In this document: piece by piece, positions 1-9,966 of the stretch
Numbering within the stretch: position 1 is the stretch's first letter
Layout: the number at the start of each line of letters is the position of its first letter
Assembly (NCBI GenBank): GCA_029776995.1
Contig: JAKOTZ010000197.1
Location: 168 to 64,167, forward strand
Source of the DNA: Candidatus Hydrogenedentota bacterium
GTDB lineage: Bacteria > Hydrogenedentota > Hydrogenedentia > Hydrogenedentales > CAITNO01
Length of the DNA stretch: 64,000 nt
Direction of reading: 5' to 3'
Program-made: the position numbers and the translations under genes
The notes under the pieces: generated by a model
Seen by the model: only the letters and a program-made list of their open reading frames with translations
Database searches by the model: none
What the model was told of the DNA's origin: nothing

Positions 1-420
1 CCGCCGAATAGCCGGCTGCTGGGTCAGCCATCCCGCGTAATCGCCCGGGTTGCCTCCGCCGGAGATCTTCCGGTAGGTCCGCGTGGAATCCAGCGCCATA
101 ATCCCCTCTGAGCCGTTCAGCACCAGGGTTAATCCCTCGCCGGGGACTTCATATCGCAGCCGCAGCCGGTTCGGGCGCTGTAAGACGGCCCGGCATATGG
201 CCTCGTCCTTTCGGGTTCCCGCGGTCACGGTCCGTTCAGACACGATCCGGGCTTCAAATGCCAGCGCGTTCAGTTGGCTCAGCCGGGCGCTTAGACTGCG
301 GAGGAGGCGGATGGCTTCCTCGTCCCTGCCGTGTTGCGGTAAGGGGGCATCCGCAAACGCTGCCCCTCCCAAAAGCAACGCTGCGCACATCGCCGAAAGG
401 AGGACGCCGAAATATCGCAC
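1..420 (-). CDS. Secreted hypothetical protein with an N-terminal signal peptide (MRYFGVLLSAMCAALLLGGAAFA). It is 3'-partial: the gene runs off the window start.
   Basis: My own minus-strand translation from GTG at 418-420 stays open to position 1 and gives a plausible signal peptide followed by a non-repetitive protein. The ORF track omits it because it has no stop in the window. I did not recognise a family. Confidence 0.45.
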   Translation of the reverse strand, partial: MRYFGVLLSAMCAALLLGGAAFADAPLPQHGRDEEAIRLLRSLSARLSQLNALAFEARIVSERTVTAGTRKDEAICRAVLQRPNRLRLRYEVPGEGLTLVLNGSEGIMALDSTRTYRKISGGGNPGDYAGWLTQQPAIRR

Positions 421-452
421 TCGGGTAAATGACTGGCAAATCGCTTTTCCAG

Positions 453-2408
453 TCATGGTGCGCCCTGAGGTTCTCCGGCATTTTCCCCGGAGATAATTTT
501 CCTGAGTTCATCGGCCGTTGGAAGCGTGATCGGGACCACGCAGCGGAATCCCAGGTCCGGCTGCCTGGCGTCCACGGGCACGGCAACAGCGCTGTTGAGG
601 GGACGGGGTCCGGACTGGTAACTGCCTCCGCAGACCATCGCCTGATCTCCGAAATCAGGGTACCGCTCTGAAATCGCGCGGTCATCCGGCAGCGTCCATT
701 CCATCGCGTTGCCAACCATGTCCAGGCACCCGACCACGGTTCGGTCTTTTTCCCGGGTGCCCACTTCAGCGGGACTGTCTCCGCTGCACACGCAGCCCTC
801 TGGGATCCAGTCGTTGCCCCAGGGGTAATTCCGGGGCGTATCATCCAGGCCGTATGCCGCCCGGGCCCACTGGGCCCGCGTGGGGAGCTGTTTTGCGTTG
901 GCCGCGGCGTACGCGATCGCGTCAAATAGTGTTATGCCGGTTACGGGGCTCCGGCCGCTGATGGCCCCCGTATTCTGGGCAAGGTGCGGGGGCACGCGCC
1001 ACTGTCCCGGCACATTCTGGGTAAACGCCAGGTATTCCTCCACCGTAACCTCCGTCCGGTCAATCAGGAAAGCCGGCAGGTTAACGGTTGTCCCTTCGAT
1101 GTTGACCGGTCCCGCGGGAACGAACACCATATTGGGGCGGCGGCTTAATTCCAGCACGCCCATGCACAGGGCGAGCGCCTGTTCCGCCAGCGACCGCCGG
1201 GTTTCCGGTCCGCCCGCGGCCGGGTCGTCCACCTGCTTGCGCAGGCTTACCGCTTTATCCAGCAGCTGCGCCAGTTCAGGGTTATTGGATGCGGCGTTCC
1301 GCGCGCGCGGCATCAGGGCATCCACGGCCCGGCCCATGATAGACAGGTCATCCATTCCCAGGCTGGATCCGGCCTGGCGGGCCGGCGTAACCGGTCCCGC
1401 GATTCCTCTGAACCAGTACACAGCCACCCCCGCGCAGGAGAGCGCGACCAGCGCCATCAGAACGCCCACCGCCAGCCAAAGCTGGTCAGGCCGAAGGGAT
1501 CTTTTCCCCGTGGCGGCCGCGGAGGATGCCACGCGGGTCGGCGCCCCGGATTTTCCCGCCCGTTTCGCCCGGAGTTCGGCGATGGCCTGGCGCAGCTCGC
1601 CCGCGGTCTGGTACCGGTTATTCGGATCCGGATCCACGCACTTGGCGATGATGCGGTCCAGCTCCGGCGGCACTTCCCGGATCATTTCCGAAGCGGGCTT
1701 GGGAACCCCTGTCGGCATGTTGCCGGTGACCAGTTCATACAGCATGACCCCCACGCTGTAGATATCAGACCGGGCATCCACGTCACGGCTGTTCCGCAGC
1801 TGTTCCGGCGACATGTAATACGGCGTGCCCATGACAATGGATGCCGAAGTCATCCGGGTATTGTCCATGAGCTTCGATATGCCGAAGTCCATCAGCTTTA
1901 CCCGGCCATCCCGGTCGATCATGACGTTTTCCGGTTTGATGTCCCGGTGTATGGTGAACTGGTGGGCGTACTCCAGCGCGGTACAGAGTTCTTCCACTAC
2001 CCGCAGCACCTCGTCAAGGGGAAGGCGTTTTCCCGGCGGCAGCTTCTCCAGCTTGTTCCGCAGGGATTCCCCCTGCACGTATTCCATCGATATGTATACC
2101 CCTTTTCCCGCGCTGCCGATGTCGTGCACCCTGACTATATTGGGATGTGCCAGTTTGCGGGCGATGCGCGCTTCGTTGAAAAAGCGTTCCACCACCATTT
2201 TTTCGCGCAGGAACTGGGGCAGCAGGGTCTTCAGCGCGACATCCTCGCCCAGGACATTATCGTGTACTTTATATATGCACCCCATGCCGCCGCGGCCGAT
2301 CAGATCCTGCACGGTATACCGGCCGTTGATGACTTCGCCCCGACGGAACTGCACGTCACTGCTGGCGTTGCTGATGCGCGTCGCGTCATCTGATCCTGGC
2401 GCGTTCAT
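453..2408 (-). CDS. Ser/Thr protein kinase fused to a C-terminal formylglycine-generating-enzyme (FGE/SUMF1) domain through a transmembrane segment
   Basis: The N-terminus has kinase motifs (GRGGMGCIYKV, HRDIKPEN, DFG, GTPYYMSPE), followed by one hydrophobic transmembrane segment. The C-terminus has FGE-family motifs (RSPVTGITLFDA, GNAMEWT, GGSYQS, GFRCV). The stop codon is TGA. Confidence 0.85.
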   Translation of the reverse strand: MNAPGSDDATRISNASSDVQFRRGEVINGRYTVQDLIGRGGMGCIYKVHDNVLGEDVALKTLLPQFLREKMVVERFFNEARIARKLAHPNIVRVHDIGSAGKGVYISMEYVQGESLRNKLEKLPPGKRLPLDEVLRVVEELCTALEYAHQFTIHRDIKPENVMIDRDGRVKLMDFGISKLMDNTRMTSASIVMGTPYYMSPEQLRNSRDVDARSDIYSVGVMLYELVTGNMPTGVPKPASEMIREVPPELDRIIAKCVDPDPNNRYQTAGELRQAIAELRAKRAGKSGAPTRVASSAAATGKRSLRPDQLWLAVGVLMALVALSCAGVAVYWFRGIAGPVTPARQAGSSLGMDDLSIMGRAVDALMPRARNAASNNPELAQLLDKAVSLRKQVDDPAAGGPETRRSLAEQALALCMGVLELSRRPNMVFVPAGPVNIEGTTVNLPAFLIDRTEVTVEEYLAFTQNVPGQWRVPPHLAQNTGAISGRSPVTGITLFDAIAYAAANAKQLPTRAQWARAAYGLDDTPRNYPWGNDWIPEGCVCSGDSPAEVGTREKDRTVVGCLDMVGNAMEWTLPDDRAISERYPDFGDQAMVCGGSYQSGPRPLNSAVAVPVDARQPDLGFRCVVPITLPTADELRKIISGENAGEPQGAP

Positions 2409-2588
2409 GTCCTCATCCGTATCACGTTGCGTCTACCCGCTTTTTCTGTATTAGCCTTATCCGTAACCATTGACAATATAACACATTTACCAGCCCGGGC
2501 TGGTGCCCTTTAGTTCTGTGCCTGCGTCGGCTGTCACGGGTTGGCAGGATTCCGCGTCTGAACAGTACAATATCCCCGAGGTACCATT

Positions 2589-3269
2589 ATGTCCCCATCA
2601 CTGACGTTCGGTTTTATTATTGTCAATTACCTGTTCCTGGTTTTTTCGCTGTGCGTGCACGAAGCGGCGCACGCCGGCATGGCCAACCGCCTGGGTGATC
2701 CTACCGCGCGGCTCATGGGCAGGCTTACCCTGAATCCGATCGCCCACGCCGACCTGCTGGGCACCGTGATTCTTCCGCTGTTTGCCATGTTTTCCGGCAT
2801 ATCTGTCCTGTTCGGATGGGCGAAACCGGTTCCCGTGAATCCTTCCAACCTGCGGGACAGGAAGCGAGGTCCCATGATGGTGGCCCTGGCGGGGCCGCTT
2901 TCCAATCTGGCCATCGCGATTTGCGTGGCGTTGCTGCTGCGGGCAATGGCCACGCTTTTCGGCGCCATGGAGCCGGATGTCCGCCTGCTGCTGGCCATCA
3001 AAATCATTGAAGGGCTCATGTTCATCAATCTGGTGCTGATGATTTTCAATCTGATTCCCCTGCCGCCCCTGGACGGCTACAGCGTGCTCGAATATTTTTT
3101 GCCGTATGAGTGGGCAAAAAAATTCGAACAGATCGGCCCTTACAGCACGCTGATTCTCCTGGTGCTTGTTTTTTATTTTCGGGTGCTGACGGTGCCCATG
3201 GCCCTGGCCGTTGGCGGCATGCGGTTTATTGCCTATTATGGAACCGTCCTGTGGCAGTTTCCCGGCTGA
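2589..3269 (+). CDS. Site-2 protease family (peptidase M50) membrane metalloprotease
   Basis: HEAAH zinc motif in the first transmembrane helix, a multi-pass hydrophobic profile, and an LNPIAHAD motif. Confidence 0.8.
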   Translation: MSPSLTFGFIIVNYLFLVFSLCVHEAAHAGMANRLGDPTARLMGRLTLNPIAHADLLGTVILPLFAMFSGISVLFGWAKPVPVNPSNLRDRKRGPMMVALAGPLSNLAIAICVALLLRAMATLFGAMEPDVRLLLAIKIIEGLMFINLVLMIFNLIPLPPLDGYSVLEYFLPYEWAKKFEQIGPYSTLILLVLVFYFRVLTVPMALAVGGMRFIAYYGTVLWQFPG

Positions 3270-3939
3270 CCGGTCCGCTACGGGCGGTTCGCCCGGCGTA
3301 TCCGGCATTATTTTCAGGCACCTGGGATCCGGCGTGCCTTACGGCCGCGCGCTTGAACTGCAGTACGGGCTGGTCGACGCGATTGCCGAGGACCGCTCAC
3401 CTGAAACGGTGCTTACCCTGGAGCACGCGCCGGTGATTACCCTGGGACGCCGGGCCAACCCGGATCATGTTCTGCTTCCTCCGGATCGGCTGAGGCAGCT
3501 GGGAATTGACGTCATTCCGGTGGACCGGGGGGGAGACGTTACCTATCACGGGCCCGGGCAGCTGGTGTCGTATCCGCTGCTGCGGCTCGACCGCCGCGGC
3601 CTTACGCCCCGGGGCTGCCTGCGTCTGCTGGAGGAGGCCGTTATACGGACGCTGGCCAGGCTGGATATACGGGCAGCCCGGCAGGAAGGATACACCGGAG
3701 TGTGGACCGCCACCGGAAAAATATGCGCCATCGGGATCGCCTCCCGCCGGTGGGTCAGTTTCCACGGCATCGCCCTCAACCTTGCTCCGGACTGGACCCA
3801 CTGGGGATACATTATCCCCTGCGGCATCCCCAACAGGCCGGTAACATCCGTGGAGCGGGAACTGGGCCGCCCGGTTACCCTGGAAGAACTGCTTCCCCTG
3901 TGGCGCGAGGCTTTTCTGGAAACCTTCGGCAGCGCCTGA
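3238..3939 (+). CDS. lipB: Lipoyl(octanoyl) transferase LipB
   Basis: LEHAPVITLGRRA, RGGDVTYHGPGQLVSYPLL and a C-terminal FHGIALN motif align to E. coli LipB. The start is uncertain: ATG 3238 is the best candidate, and the reading frame is open from 3211. Confidence 0.8.
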   Translation: MEPSCGSFPADRSATGGSPGVSGIIFRHLGSGVPYGRALELQYGLVDAIAEDRSPETVLTLEHAPVITLGRRANPDHVLLPPDRLRQLGIDVIPVDRGGDVTYHGPGQLVSYPLLRLDRRGLTPRGCLRLLEEAVIRTLARLDIRAARQEGYTGVWTATGKICAIGIASRRWVSFHGIALNLAPDWTHWGYIIPCGIPNRPVTSVERELGRPVTLEELLPLWREAFLETFGSA

Positions 3940-3942
3940 CGG

Positions 3943-5043
3943 CTACCCGGCCGACCTGCCGCCGCTGACCTGGGACAGGGCTTCCACGGTGCGCCGGGCG
4001 CACGATTCCCAGGTAAATCCTGCCGCGCGGTTCAACCCCGCCGCTCGCAGCCGTTCCTGAAGGGATGTTTCTGTAGCGACGGCCCGCATGGCCTCGGCGA
4101 GCGCCGTTTCCGATTCCGGATCCACCAGCAGGGCGGCGTCACCGCAAATTTCCGGCAGGCTGGACCGGTTCGACGTGATTACGGGAACGCCGCAGGCCAT
4201 CGCTTCCAGGGGAGGCAGCCCGAACCCTTCCATCAGGCTGGGCCATACCAGCGCCGTGGCCGCGCCTACCAGCCGGGGCAGGTCCTCATCCGCCACGTGG
4301 CCGGCAAGCATAGGCGCGTGGCGCAGCGACCGCAGCGTGTCATCCCATTCTCCGCACCGCCAGCCTCTCCTGCCGGCCACCACCAGCGGCAGCCGGATAT
4401 CTTCCGCGATCCGGTCCCAGGCGCGGGCCAGGCGCGCCAGGTTTTTCCGGGGTTCGATCGTGCCTACAAACAGCAGGTAGCCGTCCGGGCAGCCCAGCTG
4501 ATGCCGCATCCGGCCGGTTTCCTCCGGGCTGAGCGGCCGGAACCGTTCGGATACGCCCAGATAGACCACCTTAATACGTTCCGCCGGAATGCGGAGCAGT
4601 CGGCATAGGTCGTCTGCGGTGCTCTGGGAATCCGCCAGGATCAGGTCCGCCCGGCGCGCGGGCCGGTCAATGCTCATGCTGTACCATGCCCGCCGGGATG
4701 CCGGAAACCACTCGGGATGCGCCCGGTAGCACAGGTCATGGACCTGCATGACCATGGGACAAGGGCAGCCGCTGACCGCCGCGGAGGACGGAAAATACAC
4801 CAGGTCCGCTTTGCTGTCCCGGCACCAACTTCCAATCCGGGCCCAAATGGTCAGTCTTCTCCGAACCGGTCCTCCCGGCAGCGCGATCCGGTGAAATCGG
4901 TCTCCGGGATGGAATCCGGGCGGGCACAGCACGGTCCATGAGCCCGCGTCATCCATGCCGGTCAGCGCGCGGCAAAGTTCTGTCACGTGCCGGCCCGTGC
5001 CGCTGCGGTTACCGGCCTGGCTGGCATCCATCAGCGCCCGCAT
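3943..5043 (-). CDS. Glycosyltransferase family 4 (GT-B, group 1)
   Basis: C-terminal EGFGLPPLEAMACGVPVITSNRSSLPEI motif. The stop codon is TAG. Confidence 0.8.
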   Translation of the reverse strand: MRALMDASQAGNRSGTGRHVTELCRALTGMDDAGSWTVLCPPGFHPGDRFHRIALPGGPVRRRLTIWARIGSWCRDSKADLVYFPSSAAVSGCPCPMVMQVHDLCYRAHPEWFPASRRAWYSMSIDRPARRADLILADSQSTADDLCRLLRIPAERIKVVYLGVSERFRPLSPEETGRMRHQLGCPDGYLLFVGTIEPRKNLARLARAWDRIAEDIRLPLVVAGRRGWRCGEWDDTLRSLRHAPMLAGHVADEDLPRLVGAATALVWPSLMEGFGLPPLEAMACGVPVITSNRSSLPEICGDAALLVDPESETALAEAMRAVATETSLQERLRAAGLNRAAGFTWESCARRTVEALSQVSGGRSAG

Positions 5044-6161
5044 GCGGCGACCCTTTCATAGAGCTCGAGCAGCCGCTCGGCGCTGTCCTCCCATGAAAAA
5101 CGGCGGGACGCTTCCAGCGCGCGGTGTCCCCAGTACGAACGGGAATCCCGATCTTCCAGCCACTCCCGCATCACACCGCCCAAAGCTTCCGGATCGTCCG
5201 GCTCCACGTAACGGACGGCGTCACCGCCAACTTCCGGCAGGGAAGAGGTATTCGCGGCCACGCAGGCGCAGCCGCAGGCCATCGCTTCGAGCAGCGGCAG
5301 GCCAAACCCCTCATACCAGGAAGGCATAACAAAGCAGGCCGCGCCCCGGCAGGCATCCCGAACCGTTTCCCGGTCCGGAAGGTATCCTGTTATGATTACA
5401 CGGTCCGCTATACCCAGGCGGTTCAGGGTCTCTGCAAGCTGTTCCATCCCCCAGCCGATCCGGCCGGCCAGGACCAGGGACGCGTTTCCATGCCGCGCTA
5501 CCCGGGAAAAAGCCTCCAGCAGGGTGAAAATATTTTTGCGGCTTTCCAGCGTACCCACGTACAGCGCGTAGGGTGTCGTGATTCCGTAACGGCGCGCGAA
5601 AGCCATTCGTTCTTCGTCTGTTTCCGCCGGCGTGAAGAGGGGATCCGCCGCGCCGTAAATCACGTGGATCTTATGCTCCGGGATCCGGCACAGCCGCGCG
5701 ATATCCTTTTTGGAGTATTCGGAACAGGTGATGACGGCGTCCGCCCGTGCCGCGTCTTCCATGACGGTGCGCGAAAAATGCCGCCGGATTTTGGGGCTGG
5801 ACCATTCCGGGCGGATCATGAAAGCCAGGTCGTAAATATTCAGGATGCCCCGGGTGTGGCGCAGCGGCGGCAGCACGTAATTGGTTCCGTGCGCCACGTC
5901 CGCGCCGCCGAGCAGGGCTTCCGGGGAAAGAATTCCCAGCGTTCTCCATACTCCGTGCAGCAGGCGGGTTGGTACCGGCAGGTGGATGCTGCGCCGCAAG
6001 CCCAGGCGGATCGGTCTGTTCCGGCCCGAGGACCACCCCATCCAGACGTATTCTTTCCGCTGGCGCGCGCAGTGCCGGAGCAGCTGGTATACGTATTCGC
6101 CCACGCCCGTGCGTTGCGCCGTAACCGGGGTTATATCCAGGGCAATCCGCATCAGAATCAT
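5031..6161 (-). CDS. Glycosyltransferase family 4 (GT-B, group 1)
   Basis: EGFGLPLLEAMACGCACVAANTSSLPEV motif. It overlaps the downstream GT4 gene by 13 nt, which suggests they are co-transcribed. Confidence 0.8.
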   Translation of the reverse strand: MILMRIALDITPVTAQRTGVGEYVYQLLRHCARQRKEYVWMGWSSGRNRPIRLGLRRSIHLPVPTRLLHGVWRTLGILSPEALLGGADVAHGTNYVLPPLRHTRGILNIYDLAFMIRPEWSSPKIRRHFSRTVMEDAARADAVITCSEYSKKDIARLCRIPEHKIHVIYGAADPLFTPAETDEERMAFARRYGITTPYALYVGTLESRKNIFTLLEAFSRVARHGNASLVLAGRIGWGMEQLAETLNRLGIADRVIITGYLPDRETVRDACRGAACFVMPSWYEGFGLPLLEAMACGCACVAANTSSLPEVGGDAVRYVEPDDPEALGGVMREWLEDRDSRSYWGHRALEASRRFSWEDSAERLLELYERVAACGR

Positions 6162-6448
6162 CCAGGGCTGTTATATCATCGCCGGGCAATTACGGAACCG
6201 CTGCGGAAAGCGGCCCTGCCCATATATCCGCGTTTGTTCCTTGCCAAACATTACTTTATCACAGTGCTTAACCCTGTCGGGCACAGTCAGCGGAGGCTGT
6301 CGGCAGCGATCGCGGCGGACCCTGTTACCGACATGCCGGGGAAACTTGCGATAATATGCCGGGTACAATGCCGGACCATCATCGATGCCGGAGATCAGCG
6401 GGGCCGACTGGCGGAATGTAACGCGTCCCGGCAGGGGATGTCCTAATC

Positions 6449-7039
6449 GTGCAACTGCTTGAGATCACAGGACTGGCCGTCGGTCTCGCCATGGATGCCA
6501 CTGCCGTCGGAGCAGTGGTTGGCGCGGGCATCAAAAAACTTTCCGGCCACCACCTCTTCCGGCTCTCTTTTCATTTCGGGCTTTTTCAGGCCATGATGCC
6601 GGTCCTGGGGTGGCTGGCGGGAGCGGGAGCGGAAGAGTGGCTGGCCCCGTACGACCACTGGGTCGCCTTCATGCTGCTTGGGGCCATCGGCGGCAAGGGG
6701 TTGACCGGAGCGTGGAAGGAATGGCGCGCGGGCGGATCATCCGGTGAAAAAGATTCCCGCTGGCAGACCGATCCTACCCGCGGATGGTCCCTGGTTGCCC
6801 TGTCTCTGGCGACCAGCCTGGATGCCTTCGCCGTGGGGGTTACTTTTGGCATTATCGGCGTGAATGTGTTTTTTCCCGCCATCATCATCGGCGCGATCAC
6901 CGGAGCCATGACCTTCAGCAGCATGCTGTTCGGCCGGTGGCTGGGCAGGCGTTTCGGCCTGGCCACCCAGGTCGCGGGCGGCGTGATCCTCATCCTGATC
7001 GGCCTGAAAATCCTGCTCGAACACCTGATGGCCGGATAG
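6449..7039 (+). CDS. mntP: Manganese efflux pump MntP
   Basis: Duplicated DUF204 halves with AMDATAVG and SLDAFAVG motifs, and six transmembrane segments. Confidence 0.85.
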   Translation: MQLLEITGLAVGLAMDATAVGAVVGAGIKKLSGHHLFRLSFHFGLFQAMMPVLGWLAGAGAEEWLAPYDHWVAFMLLGAIGGKGLTGAWKEWRAGGSSGEKDSRWQTDPTRGWSLVALSLATSLDAFAVGVTFGIIGVNVFFPAIIIGAITGAMTFSSMLFGRWLGRRFGLATQVAGGVILILIGLKILLEHLMAG

Positions 7040-7044
7040 TGCCG

Positions 7045-8691
7045 TTATCCGGTGAAATACAGGTACGCGCCCAGGATCAGCGACAGCACCACCGCCGTGT
7101 GCAGCACATCCCAGCGGTTCCAGCTGGACCGGATTTCCTGGCGTCCCTCTCCGGTTACCGTGGCGTAGGTCAGGTTCTGGATCTGTTTCGGGTCGGGCGG
7201 CGGCGTCAGCAGGCTGACCACCGTAAGCACTGCCGCGCAGAATATGAACAGGAACACGCAGAATTTCAGGAAATTGATCGTACCGAACCACACCAGCGCG
7301 GAGGCCAGCCCCGAGGCCAGCTCCGGATCAGGCAGGAGTCCCGCGTATACCTGGCAGGCCAGTTTGGCCATGCCTACCACAAAGCCGAGGACCAGCGCCG
7401 CCACCGCGCCCGGACCGTTAAGCCGTTTCCAGAACACGCCCATGAAAAACACGGCAGTCATGGGCGGCGCCAGATAGGCCTGAACGCTCTGGAGGTATTC
7501 GTACAGCGCCCCGGAAACCAGCTTCATCGCCGGAATCCACAGCAGCCCCAGCAGGACCACCACGGCGGTGGCTGCCCGCCCCACCTGCACCAGTTCCCGC
7601 TCCGGCGCCTCCGGGCGGTATTTCTTATAAATATCCACCGTGAAAAGCGTGGAACACGAATTAAACAACCCGGAGAGGGAGCTCATCAGCGCGGCCAGCA
7701 GGCCGCCGACCACCAGGCCCCGGATTCCCGGCGGAAGCAGCTGGGATACCAGCTCCGGAAAGGCCTGGTCCGGCCTCGACAGCGTAATCATGCCTTTCTG
7801 GTTCAGCGCGTAGGCGATCATACCCGGAATGATGAACAGAAACACCGGGGTGAGTTTCAGGTAAGATCCGAAAATCGCGCCGCGGCGCGCGATGGTCAGG
7901 TTGCGGGCGGCCAGGGTCCGCTGGACGATATACTGGTCCGTGCACCAGTACCACAGCCCGACAATCGGCGCCGCGAACAGCATGCCGGGCCATGGAAATT
8001 CCGGATCGCTTGCGGGACGCCACAGGTTGAACATCTGGCTCCCGCAGGTGGCCCGGAGTTCCTGCCAGCCGCCCAGATTGGACAGCCCGATGACCGTCAG
8101 GCTGAGCGAACCCAGGATCAGCACCAGGGTCTGCAGCGCGTCCGTGTATACCACGGCCCGCAATCCCCCGACCATCGTGTATACGCCCGTGATCAGCACC
8201 ACCGCCACCGCCCCGGTCCAGAAGCTGTCCAGGCCGAACAGCCGCAGCTCCGGCATCAGCGTGGCGATGACCACCCCGCCGGCATACACGGTAACGCTGA
8301 CTTTGGTAAATACGTACGCCACCAGGCTTACCAGCGACAGGATCCATCGGGCTGTCGGGCTGAAGCGCCGCTCCAGGAATTCGGGCATGGTGAACACCCC
8401 GGACCGGTAATAGAACGGCACCAGTACCCAGGCCAGCACGAGCAGGCACCAGGCGTGCAGCTCCTAATGCGCCATGGCCACCCCGCTTTTGGCGCCGGAT
8501 CCGGCCAGCCCGACCAGATGTTCGGATCCGATATTGGAGGCGAACAGCGAAGCTCCCACGGCGAACCAACCAACGTTGCGGCCCGCCAGAAAGTATTTTT
8601 CGGCAGTGTCCTGGCGCCGCGACGCCCACCAGGCTACGCCAGCCACGCCCACGAAATACGCCAGAATTACCGCCCAGTCCAGTAATGACAT
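7045..8691 (-). pseudogene. Sodium:solute symporter (SSS/SGLT family) interrupted by a single in-frame TAG at 8464-8466. It is either a pseudogene or a site of UAG read-through.
   Basis: ORFs 8464..8691 and 7045..8439 are in the same frame. The joined translation (...[55 protein letters not shown]) follows the SGLT N-terminal consensus without a gap, and there are no frameshifts. Confidence 0.8.
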
Positions 8692-8708
8692 TGCTGGCCC
8701 TCCTTATT

Positions 8709-9950
8709 TCAGAATGCCGGCCCTAACCATTTTTTCCAGTCGTCGCGGAACAGAAACCATCCCACGCCATCCGCGCCGGCCTGTTCCACCGCGGCAACCG
8801 TATCGCCCATGGCGTCATCTTCGATGTTAATGATAGGCGCCAATTCCGCCGTTCCGGGGACCTTTCTGGCGCGTTCCGTTTCCAGGCCGACCAGCGATGA
8901 CGGCAGGGCCGCGCGCGCCCGCTCCAGGTCCCGTTCCGGTACGGTTTCGCTCCAGTTCAGCAGGTCCAGCGCCAGCTCCAGCCAGGCCTGGCGCGCGGAG
9001 GAATCGGATGGTCCGTCCCACGGCGAGGCCAGCGCCGCCAGTTCCCAGTTCAGGCAGGCGATACCGGGCGCTTCGGCGTAATTGCGGTAGAGCATGGGGC
9101 TTACGACGTCAGCCAGGGCCATCAGTTCGGCGTAGTCCTGGCCGACCAGCGGCGCGAGCGACGGCGCGAAAATATACACGCCCATTTTTAGCCCGGCTCC
9201 CTTAATTACTTCCGCCAGGGCCCGAAAATGCTCGTTGATGCAGACCCGGCGGAACCGTAACCAAAGCGCGACGCCGGGTAGGCGGGACAGGGTTTCAACC
9301 GCGTGGAGCGGGGATTTCAGGGACGCCGGGGGCTCGCCGGCGGATGCCGCGCGCAACAGATCCCGGAGCGTCCGCATGTCCCGGGTCATGACCTCCCAGT
9401 CCATGCCTATTGCTTCCGCTTTTTTTCGGCTATGCTCCGAGAAATCCGTCAGAAAGGCGTCCCATCCCGACGCGGGCGACGCAAACCGGCAGCCGTCCAC
9501 GAAGATGCCCGTGATCCCAGGCGTGCCGGCCATCCCTTCATAATTTTTAAGGCAGCGGTCCCGCAGGGTGAGGCTGTTCGGCGACCCGGAACCGAACCAG
9601 TAGCGGGGCGTGCCGTCCAGGTCCCGCGCCAGGTTGGCTTCGTCCGTCTCGGCCGTACCGAACGCCCCGCCGCACAGCCAGGCTTCCAGGCCCGCGGCGG
9701 TTACCTTGTCCACGGCATCCCGCGGCACCCCCACCACGGCATCGATGCCAAAATCGTTCATTTCCCGGGCGTTGCGTTCGGGATCCGATCCGCAGCCGTA
9801 CATCCAGCGTTTGGGCCGGCGTTTGGCCGGGTCCGGTGGTGGAAAGCCAACAGCGACTGGCGCGTTTTCTTCCGCGGCGGTCCCCCCATGGCCCGCGGCC
9901 CACACGGCAGCCAGAACCGACGACGCAGCCAGAAAATCACGGCGTTTCAT
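8709..9950 (-). CDS. TAT-secreted hypothetical protein, possibly a TIM-barrel glycosidase-like fold
   Basis: Twin-arginine signal MKRRDFLAASSVLAAVWAAG. I did not recognise a catalytic motif. Confidence 0.55.
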   Translation of the reverse strand: MKRRDFLAASSVLAAVWAAGHGGTAAEENAPVAVGFPPPDPAKRRPKRWMYGCGSDPERNAREMNDFGIDAVVGVPRDAVDKVTAAGLEAWLCGGAFGTAETDEANLARDLDGTPRYWFGSGSPNSLTLRDRCLKNYEGMAGTPGITGIFVDGCRFASPASGWDAFLTDFSEHSRKKAEAIGMDWEVMTRDMRTLRDLLRAASAGEPPASLKSPLHAVETLSRLPGVALWLRFRRVCINEHFRALAEVIKGAGLKMGVYIFAPSLAPLVGQDYAELMALADVVSPMLYRNYAEAPGIACLNWELAALASPWDGPSDSSARQAWLELALDLLNWSETVPERDLERARAALPSSLVGLETERARKVPGTAELAPIINIEDDAMGDTVAAVEQAGADGVGWFLFRDDWKKWLGPAF

Positions 9951-9966
9951 GGATGCTTCATCCTTT

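Noticed and set aside
6784-8685. 633-aa + strand ORF
   Set aside because: It is antisense to the well-supported sodium:solute symporter. Its Arg/His/Gln/Pro-rich composition shows no domain signal.
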